DNA from: Bacteroidales bacterium
Lineage (GTDB): Bacteria > Bacteroidota > Bacteroidia > Bacteroidales > F082
Direction: 5' to 3'
NCBI GenBank assembly: GCA_045592965.1
Contig: JAZNVS010000005.1
Location: 158-64,157, forward strand
Length of the DNA: 64,000 nt
Numbering within the stretch: the stretch's first letter is position 1; each line of letters starts with the position of its first letter. This document shows, piece after piece, positions 57,809 to 64,000 of this stretch. Position numbers and translations under genes: made by a program. Under the pieces are notes generated by a model. It made no database searches. It was not told where the DNA came from and was given only the letters and a program-made list of their open reading frames with translations.

Positions 57809-57836
57809 TTCAAATAGTATTCATCAGAATTTGCTA

Positions 57837-57844
57837 CAAAGATA
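57837..57844 (-). promoter_or_regulatory. Bacteroidota -7 promoter box (TATCTTTG) upstream of the coiled-coil/zapA genes
   Basis: TAnnTTTG on the minus strand, 29 nt upstream of the ATG at 57808. Confidence 0.5.
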
Positions 57845-57925
57845 AACAAAAAAAACCTTTCGAGAAACACTTTTTTTCATCATTATAAAAAAATCTTTTG
57901 CATCATCTACATATCATCTTTGCCT

Positions 57926-59926
57926 TTATTTCTTAGCATAAACGGCAGCTGTCCTACCCACATTATATATTTTCATAACAATTTGATTCTCCCTTTGTTC
58001 TGTAGGGAAGACTGTAGTCATGTCGATATTGTCGAATCCGCCAAATCGTTTCTCGTCGGTGGTAAAAACAATTCTATGGTCGCCTGTCGACTTGACGTTA
58101 AGCTCATAATCTGGTATAGATTTGTAGCTCCAATTGAAAACAAATATCAGATTGTTTCGCTCAAAGACTATTGTTTTATTCTCATCGTCGGCTTTAAGAA
58201 GATATGGCGGTTCCGACTTCATAATGTCGTTTTCCTTAATAAACTTTAACATTTCCTTATCGAAGTCGCACATGAAATGATATTTCAAATCTTTATCATC
58301 TGCCAGCGACCACTGACGTCGAGCGTGTTTGTAGCTCCAACCATTCTCTTTACGGGGGAAGTCTATCCATTCAGGATGTCCGAATTCATTTCCCATAAAG
58401 TTAAGCCATGCGTCACCGCCGAGACTGATGGTGAATAAACGTATCATCTTATGAAGAGCTATACCTCTGTCGACGATAACGTTAGGAATAAACTTCGACA
58501 TTGAGTCGTACATTTCCTTATCCATCAACCTGAATGCTATAGTCTGATCTCCTACCAATGCCTGATCGTGCGACTCGCAATATGCTATCGTCTTGACATC
58601 GAACAACCTATTTGTCATAGTATGGAAAAACTCGTGCATATTCCATTCTTCCTCTTTTTGGTCTTTCAATATCTTAATCCAGAAATCGGGCAAGCCCATA
58701 CCAAGACGATAGTCGAAACCAATTCCGCCATCTTTTATAGGAGCGCATATTCCTGGCATTCCGCTGACGTCTTCCGCTATGCTGATATAATCCTTATTCA
58801 GCTGATGAATCAACGTGTTAGCAAGCTGGAGATATGTCACAGCATCATCGTTTACGTTATCGCCGAAATAATCTGTCTGACTGCAGAACTCTGTTCCAAT
58901 GCCATGATTACGATACAACATAGAGGTCACACCGTCGAAACGAAAACCGTCGAAGCCATATTCTTCGAGCCAGAATCTAACGTTAGAGAGCAGCAACCTC
59001 AGCGTCTCTATCTTACCGTAGTTAAATAATTTAGAATCCCACTGCTGATGATGACCTTCGTGACCTCCAACGAGATACTGCGTCTCTGTTCCATCGAAGA
59101 GATTCAGTCCTTCGCGAGTGTTTTTTACAGTATGAGAATGAACCAAATCCATGATAACCAATATCCCCATCTCATGAGCTGCATCGATAAGACTCTTCAA
59201 ATCTTCTGGTGTTCCAAAACGAGAGCTAGCCGCGAAGAAATTAGAGACGTGATAACCAAATGAGCCGTAATAAGGATGCTCCGCTATCGCCATAAGCTGT
59301 ATCGCATTGTATCCCAAGTCTTTTATCCTTGGCAAAACATTATCTTGAAACTCTTTATATGTTCCGACGCCTTCTTTCTCCTGCCCCATTCCGATGTGAG
59401 ATTCATATATGAATAGAGGCTCTGACTTCAGACTTATTGTACGGACGCGGCATGCCGCATCACTACTTTCATCGACCCAAAATTGTCCAGCGAAGTCTTT
59501 ATTATCTTCATTCTGAAGCACTCTGCTGATATAGACAGGGATGCGTTCTTGTTCGCCAATGCTCGATTGTACCAAGACTTTCAGTAAGCTGCCATGAGTG
59601 AGTCGGTCTTTATATTGAGCATCGGGAAGGAATATAGTCCAGACGCCATCGCTTTCTCTTTCAAGAGGATTGGCATATCTGTCCCAGTTGTTGAAGTCGC
59701 CGAACAGCGACAGATAATGAGCGGCAGGAGCCCACTCGCGGTACCACCAGCCTCGGCGTACCTTATCGTATCTGAAACCGAAAAACTCATGCGCCGAGGC
59801 AAAAGACTTCAGACTTCCATACTGACTCTCAATATATTTCAACTTCGATTCATATCTCTTATAACGAGCTTCAACCTTATCGGCTACAGGCTCCAACCAC
59901 GAATCTTTCTCTACAATTTTCATCAT
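57926..59926 (-). CDS. glgB: 1,4-alpha-glucan branching enzyme (GH13)
   Basis: 666 aa with GH13 catalytic regions (DLVHSH, GFRFDGVTSM, IAEDVSG, ESHDQ) and an N-terminal CBM48-like region. Confidence 0.85.
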   Translation of the reverse strand: MMKIVEKDSWLEPVADKVEARYKRYESKLKYIESQYGSLKSFASAHEFFGFRYDKVRRGWWYREWAPAAHYLSLFGDFNNWDRYANPLERESDGVWTIFLPDAQYKDRLTHGSLLKVLVQSSIGEQERIPVYISRVLQNEDNKDFAGQFWVDESSDAACRVRTISLKSEPLFIYESHIGMGQEKEGVGTYKEFQDNVLPRIKDLGYNAIQLMAIAEHPYYGSFGYHVSNFFAASSRFGTPEDLKSLIDAAHEMGILVIMDLVHSHTVKNTREGLNLFDGTETQYLVGGHEGHHQQWDSKLFNYGKIETLRLLLSNVRFWLEEYGFDGFRFDGVTSMLYRNHGIGTEFCSQTDYFGDNVNDDAVTYLQLANTLIHQLNKDYISIAEDVSGMPGICAPIKDGGIGFDYRLGMGLPDFWIKILKDQKEEEWNMHEFFHTMTNRLFDVKTIAYCESHDQALVGDQTIAFRLMDKEMYDSMSKFIPNVIVDRGIALHKMIRLFTISLGGDAWLNFMGNEFGHPEWIDFPRKENGWSYKHARRQWSLADDKDLKYHFMCDFDKEMLKFIKENDIMKSEPPYLLKADDENKTIVFERNNLIFVFNWSYKSIPDYELNVKSTGDHRIVFTTDEKRFGGFDNIDMTTVFPTEQRENQIVMKIYNVGRTAAVYAKK

Positions 59927-61635
59927 AACTTAAAAACTTTAAACCCCGCAGCATCAATAGTCATCTCAATACCTTTGCTGCACACTTCATCTAAATTATA
60001 TTCAACCTTTTCTCCAGTAAACACTTCCTCAGCAACCTTCATATTCGGCTGAACATTATCTGTTGTCTGTTGACTATTATCCGTTGACCTAATCCTCATG
60101 TAATCCAAAGCGTCATCCGAAATCTTCACCTGACAGTAGCGACTCTCGTTCATATTGAAATTTATCACCACCAACAGTCTATCTTCATCATGATAACGAA
60201 GGAAGGCATAGACGTATTGAGGGTCGAAATGCGAATACCAAGGGTTGACCCACATGAGATCGTAGAACGCACCTTTATTAATAGCCTTGTTCTCGAGTCG
60301 GAAGTTAAGCAGTTTTGAATAGAAGTCGTGGAGTTTCTGTTGTTCCTCATCGAAGTCGCTGCCGTCGAATTTACCACCTGCCATCCATTTCTGATGTCGT
60401 GGCATCACGGCGTAGTCGAATATCGAGGTACGTCCGTCGTCGCCGCTGAAGCCTATCGCTCCTTCTGCGTCTTCTCCACTCTCCTGTCCGTTATATATCA
60501 TGAAAGGTCCGCGGTTCATCAGCGCCGACATCACCACAGCAGGCAAAGACTTGAAAGCGTCGCCTATAAAATGTCTCGATGCCAGCCGAGGCTCATCGTG
60601 ATTCTCCATAAAACGTAACATAGCATCACCGAGGCCTGCGAGACTATTCCACACATCAGTGACAGTCTCTGCGCGTTGTCCATGACGATATATATTCTCC
60701 AAGGTGTTATAAAGTCCTACCTTATCATAAAGAAAATCAAAGCCTGCATTGACATAATCCTTATAAAGATGAGGCTGATAAATTTCCGCTATCATAATAA
60801 CGTCAAACGACTCACGGAGCATATTTATCGACCAGCGCCAGAACTCTATCGGCACCATCTCCGCCATATCGACTCTAAAGCCATCTACGCCTCTTTCACA
60901 CCAATATCTCATGATGTTCAGCATCTTATACCACGTATTGGGAATTGGGTAAAAATCTCTAACTCCATTTTGATAATCGACACCATAATTCAACTTCACG
61001 GTATCATACCAGTCGTTGACAGATGGCGTAGGCGAAAACACATCATTACCAGAAGCCTTCGCCGGCGACTCCTTATATATTAATGAAGAGTCAGTATTCT
61101 GCTCCGACTTAGGGACGACGAAATCCTGACCTGGACAATAGTAGAAATTATTATCTCTCGCAAAAGCCACCGAGGTGTTATCATATTCCGCAAACTCCTC
61201 AACATCATAAGGCTTATTCAACGACTTATATTCTCTGGCTAGATGATTAGGCACAAAGTCGATTATCACTTTCAGACCTTTCTCATGGATACGATATATC
61301 AGTTCTTCAAACTCCTCCATCCTATTTCCAGGATTCGTTGCCAGGTCCGGGTCGATGTCGTAATAATCCATTATAGAATATGGCGAACCTGCCTTACCTT
61401 TAGTTATGAGCGGGTTAGTAGATTTTATCCCTAATTCCGGATACGAAGACATTGAAGAATGACGAATGATGCCTGTCAGCCAGATATGCGTAATTCCCAT
61501 TCTCTTAAGGGCATTCAAAGCATTATCATTGATGTCGGAGAAGGTGCCACATCCGTTCTGCGTTTTATCACCGTCGAAAACAACATCAGTATTTTTGTTT
61601 CCAAATGTCCTTACAAAAAGTTGATATATGTTCAT
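59923..61635 (-). CDS. GH13 alpha-amylase-family glycoside hydrolase
   Basis: ORF track 59923..61665. The likely start MNIYQLFVRTFGN lies at 61635. Motifs DFVPNH, GFRVDMAEM, IAEIY and FMENHD. The stop overlaps the glgB start (ATGA). Confidence 0.8.
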   Translation of the reverse strand: MNIYQLFVRTFGNKNTDVVFDGDKTQNGCGTFSDINDNALNALKRMGITHIWLTGIIRHSSMSSYPELGIKSTNPLITKGKAGSPYSIMDYYDIDPDLATNPGNRMEEFEELIYRIHEKGLKVIIDFVPNHLAREYKSLNKPYDVEEFAEYDNTSVAFARDNNFYYCPGQDFVVPKSEQNTDSSLIYKESPAKASGNDVFSPTPSVNDWYDTVKLNYGVDYQNGVRDFYPIPNTWYKMLNIMRYWCERGVDGFRVDMAEMVPIEFWRWSINMLRESFDVIMIAEIYQPHLYKDYVNAGFDFLYDKVGLYNTLENIYRHGQRAETVTDVWNSLAGLGDAMLRFMENHDEPRLASRHFIGDAFKSLPAVVMSALMNRGPFMIYNGQESGEDAEGAIGFSGDDGRTSIFDYAVMPRHQKWMAGGKFDGSDFDEEQQKLHDFYSKLLNFRLENKAINKGAFYDLMWVNPWYSHFDPQYVYAFLRYHDEDRLLVVINFNMNESRYCQVKISDDALDYMRIRSTDNSQQTTDNVQPNMKVAEEVFTGEKVEYNLDEVCSKGIEMTIDAAGFKVFKL

Positions 61636-61662
61636 ATTACAAGTCTTAATGACAATGAATTG

Positions 61663-61670
61663 CAAAGATA
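61663..61670 (-). promoter_or_regulatory. Bacteroidota -7 promoter box (TATCTTTG) upstream of the GH13-glgB operon
   Basis: TAnnTTTG on the minus strand, 28 nt upstream of the ATG at 61635. Confidence 0.5.
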
Positions 61671-61787
61671 ATAATAAGTTTTATTTTTTCAAAGGTGTTT
61701 TTTTGTGGCTAAAGTCTAATGTCAAAAGTCAGTGTCAAAGTTAAAACAAAATCCTCTTTTGATTGTTTGACGAATAAAACAACATTT

Positions 61788-62225
61788 ATGGAACCTATAT
61801 TTTTGAAACAAAACGAGGGATTCGGATATAATGAGACGATGTTGCCTGATTATGACGGTTTCATCATCCTCAAGCCAGGTTTTTTGGAATATTGTGAAGA
61901 TGTCAGAAAGGACTTACGACGCCGCGACTTCATCATCGTGGAATCTTTAGAGAAAACCTTGACGAAAGAAGAGGCAGAGACGATCTACAGCGTCCATAAA
62001 GACAAGGCGTTTTTCAAGGAGCTCATCGACTATATGACGAGCGGACCATGCATAGGGATGATATTAAAATCGCCTTTCTCCGACAGGGAATCATCGACAG
62101 AAGCGCTTAAACTATTGAAAGACAAATATAGAAGACGATACAGCACCGACATAATGCACAACGTTCTGCACAGTTCCGACAGCTATCAGAACGCCATGCA
62201 CGAAGCAGAGACGTTCTTTAAATAG
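61788..62225 (+). CDS. Divergent nucleoside-diphosphate-kinase-like protein
   Basis: ORF track 61719..62225. The NDK-like core starts near MEPIF (61788). ILKPG, DYMTSGPCIGMIL and HNVLHSSDS align by eye with NDK IKPD, FMTSGPVVAMV and NIIHGSDS. Confidence 0.55.
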   Translation: MEPIFLKQNEGFGYNETMLPDYDGFIILKPGFLEYCEDVRKDLRRRDFIIVESLEKTLTKEEAETIYSVHKDKAFFKELIDYMTSGPCIGMILKSPFSDRESSTEALKLLKDKYRRRYSTDIMHNVLHSSDSYQNAMHEAETFFK

Positions 62226-62261
62226 TCTCACGTATAGTCACACGTTCTGTGACTAAATTAT
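62225..62261. repeat. Hairpin repeat, copy A (GTCTCACGTATAGTCACACGTTCTGTGACTAAATTAT)
   Basis: Contains the stem AGTCAC/GTGACT. About 75 percent identical to copy B, 187 nt downstream in the same orientation. Confidence 0.7.
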
Positions 62262-62411
62262 CCGGAAATCCCAAAATCTAAAAATATTGGTGGTCTGAAT
62301 TAATAATCACGATTCATTGACGCGGGCGAAGTGACAAAGACTTCGCTCGCCCCACCCCGATTTAAGCCACAAGTCTACGAGTCTCCGAGAAGTTGCTAAG
62401 TTGCTAAGTGC

Positions 62412-62449
62412 GTCTCTCGTAGAGCCACACGTCCGTGTGGCTAGATTAT
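62412..62449. repeat. Hairpin repeat, copy B (GTCTCTCGTAGAGCCACACGTCCGTGTGGCTAGATTAT)
   Basis: Contains the stem AGCCACAC/GTGTGGCT and is a direct repeat of copy A. The two copies bracket a 150-nt segment that is more GC-rich. Confidence 0.7.
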
Positions 62450-62461
62450 ACAAAAATCATT

Positions 62462-62495
62462 TCTGATGAGGTTTTAAAGTTCTGAATTCATCAGA
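62462..62495 (-). terminator. Possible terminator hairpin at the end of the Rpn-family gene
   Basis: TCTGATGA-(18 nt)-TCATCAGA, a perfect 8-bp stem overlapping the stop codon. The downstream T-run is weak (ATGATTTTTGT on the minus strand). Confidence 0.4.
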
Positions 62496-63474
62496 TCTCA
62501 GATTCTAAAATCTCCTCTATAGTCAAGCCTGTTACTTCTGCGATAAATTCTACACTCGCTCCAGACGACTTAAGTTTCCGAATCATCTGCAGCTTAGCCC
62601 TCTCTATTCCTTCAGCCAGACCTTCTTCTCGGCCTTTCTTCAGACCTTCTTCCAGACCTTCCTTTCTGCCTTTCTTGATTCCTTTCTCCAAGCCTTCTCG
62701 CATGCCTTCTTTCCTTCCCATCTGCCTGCCTTCCAACAAGCCTTCTCCGCGTGAGGTGTATATATTGTCTTTCAATATCACAGTGTTATCCAAATGACGA
62801 TAATACGCCGACAGTTCGTCCTTGCTCATCAGTGCCAACTCCAACTTCTTACGCGCCTCATTCAAGCCAGGTGCCGTTGATTCATTCGTTATGTCACCCG
62901 TGCCGAGATAATATATCCATTCCTCTAACGGAGTTCTCGGCTCGCCTTTGAAATCATTAACCTTCAAAATGTAATATTCGGGATATAACTCGCTCACGAC
63001 ATCGACATTGAACTTCTGTCGCTGGAACGGACTGAGATTAAGAATCTCTCCAGTATTAACTCCCATGAACTCAGTCTTGCCATGATACAGATAATCCTTG
63101 CCCTGACCTAAATCGAAATAGACGATGTTGACACTGTAAATCTTCTTGATGTTCTGATAGCCTTCTCCTCTATTGATATATTCCGTCACCAATTTAGACA
63201 CTCCGAACAGCATCCTCTGGAAATAAGCATACTCGTCATTATTCTGTACCTCGATGATAAACAATTCGCCTTTGCTGTTCTCTGCAAGAATATCGACTCG
63301 GTTATACTTGTCGAACTCATCTTCCTGATTGCTCTCGCTTTCCAGGAGTCTGTTGATAATGATTTTCTCTTTGAATAATGTTGTCAGAAGACCTTCTAAA
63401 ACTACGTAGTTGGCTTTATCACGAAGCATGCGCTTCATAGCCCAATCGAATCTTATGTATTTTTGTGTTTCCAT
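62491..63474 (-). CDS. Rpn-family recombination-promoting nuclease / PD-(D/E)XK putative transposase
   Basis: 327 aa. N-terminus KYIRFDWAMKRMLRDKANYVVLEGLL...VDILAENSKGELFIIEVQN (PD-(D/E)XK core). Repetitive C-terminal EGLEKGIKKGRKEGLEEGLKKGREEGLAEGIE tail, typical of this family. Confidence 0.8.
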   Translation of the reverse strand: METQKYIRFDWAMKRMLRDKANYVVLEGLLTTLFKEKIIINRLLESESNQEDEFDKYNRVDILAENSKGELFIIEVQNNDEYAYFQRMLFGVSKLVTEYINRGEGYQNIKKIYSVNIVYFDLGQGKDYLYHGKTEFMGVNTGEILNLSPFQRQKFNVDVVSELYPEYYILKVNDFKGEPRTPLEEWIYYLGTGDITNESTAPGLNEARKKLELALMSKDELSAYYRHLDNTVILKDNIYTSRGEGLLEGRQMGRKEGMREGLEKGIKKGRKEGLEEGLKKGREEGLAEGIERAKLQMIRKLKSSGASVEFIAEVTGLTIEEILESEI

Positions 63475-63497
63475 AAATTGTGATTTTTAATGTCTTG

Positions 63498-63505
63498 CAA
63501 AGATA
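63498..63505 (-). promoter_or_regulatory. Bacteroidota -7 promoter box (TATCTTTG) upstream of the Rpn-family gene
   Basis: TAnnTTTG on the minus strand, 24 nt upstream of the ATG at 63474. Confidence 0.5.
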
Positions 63506-63542
63506 ATAAACATCATCGAAAAAAGCAAGAGAGATTTGGAGA

Positions 63543-63653
63543 TTCTTCTCCCACAAATCTCTCTGATGTTCACTGATTCTTTCTGTGTTAATCCGTGCCA
63601 ATTCGTGGGACATAATTTCTTCTCCCACAAATTTCACTAATCTTCACAGATTC
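63543..63653. repeat. Two 37-nt direct repeats (TTCTTCTCCCACAAAT...CACNGATTC)
   Basis: Copy 1 at 63543-63579 and copy 2 at 63617-63653, identical at 32 of 37 positions by my count. Upstream of the Rpn-family gene. Confidence 0.85.
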
Positions 63654-63655
63654 CT

Positions 63656-63720
63656 CAATTTTCAATTTTCCGTTTTCAATTTTCAATTTTCAATTTCTCA
63701 GATTTTCAGTTTCTCAGATT
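63656..63720. repeat. Heptanucleotide microsatellite (CAATTTT) x6 followed by TCAGATT-type repeats
   Basis: Units lie at 63656-63697, one of them variant (CCGTTTT), followed by TTCTCAGATT/TTCAGTT repeats. This is the same word as the array at 27766-27821. Confidence 0.9.
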
Positions 63721-63840
63721 AAAAAAATCTCCTCGCGGCATTTATTACGTCTCGCTTCTCTCTTCGCTCCGCTCCGCTCGTGCTCGACTCCTTAATACCG
63801 CTCGGCTCTTTTGCTTAAGACAATTTCCTGATTTCTGTGT

Positions 63841-64000
63841 TTACTGAGATAAAACTAGGCGGAAGCCGCTGTCGTAGCCCCTGTAGTCGGGATTGCTGTA
63901 GTTACGATCCGACACTCGGCAGATCCACGCAATGCCGTGCCAGCTGCCGCCACGACGCACGCGGTAGGAGCCAGTTGACGGTCCAGTAGGATTGGTCTGA
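63841..64000 (-). CDS. C-terminal end of a formylglycine-generating-enzyme (SUMF1/FGE-sulfatase) domain protein; the gene starts beyond the right window edge
   Basis: Minus-strand frame reads ...SYRVRRGGSWHGIAWICRVSDRNYSNPDYRGYDSGFRLVLSQ* with the stop at 63841-63843. The RGGSW...CR...R...P...GFR pattern is the FGE-sulfatase C-terminus. Visibly more GC-rich than its surroundings. Confidence 0.7.
   Translation of the reverse strand, partial: QTNPTGPSTGSYRVRRGGSWHGIAWICRVSDRNYSNPDYRGYDSGFRLVLSQ

Noticed and set aside
57926-61635. GH13 pair considered as a polysaccharide utilisation locus
   Set aside because: No SusC/SusD-like genes or regulator are adjacent. A branching enzyme plus an amylase-family enzyme fits intracellular glycogen metabolism.
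63419-63637. 72-aa minus-strand ORF upstream of and overlapping the Rpn-family gene start
   Set aside because: It is composed largely of the 37-nt direct repeats, overlaps the better-supported gene and its promoter box, and carries no motif.

Overview
AT-rich chromosomal segment from a Bacteroidota (Bacteroidales-type) genome. The assignment rests on three T9SS C-terminal sorting-domain proteins, TAnnTTTG -7 boxes in front of many genes, and a Bacteroidota-style dcw cluster lacking murF/ddl. The core is a co-directional minus-strand block of about 19 kb: mraZ-rsmH-ftsL-ftsI-murE-mraY-(murD relic)-ftsW-murG-murC-ftsQ-ftsA-ftsZ, followed by a butyrate-kinase-like gene, a large lipoprotein gene and purN. 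The rest is mainly housekeeping: cysS (partial), kbl-tdh, an acyltransferase pair resembling the Bacteroides glycine-lipid genes, engB, def, ruvX, dapD, tRNA-His, tRNA-Leu-tig-clpP-clpX, a sugar phosphotransferase, pcm, trmB, kdsB, a deoxynucleoside kinase, lptF/G-like, tgt, hutU, rny, zapA, and glgB plus a GH13 amylase. Small accessory patches hold T9SS cargo, an OMP/TolB-like pair next to a decayed tyrosine recombinase, an Rpn-family nuclease, and a GC-rich FGE-sulfatase gene fragment at the right edge. I found no CRISPR array, no intact mobile element, and no defence or toxin system I can recognise. The observations most worth follow-up are: (1) the murD slot holds only a 182-aa C-terminal-domain ORF. 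(2) A butyrate-kinase (actin-fold) paralog with eroded catalytic motifs, translationally coupled to a ~815-aa lipoprotein, follows ftsZ. (3) A 21-bp perfect inverted repeat brackets a 136-bp promoter-bearing segment beside the decayed recombinase, suggesting a locked invertible promoter. (4) A dispersed family of 7-nt microsatellites and AGACG...CGTCT hairpins occupies at least ten intergenic regions. (5) A 6S-RNA-like structure lies between zapA and rny. All functional calls come from reading the translated ORFs and comparing them with family motifs from memory. No database search was run.
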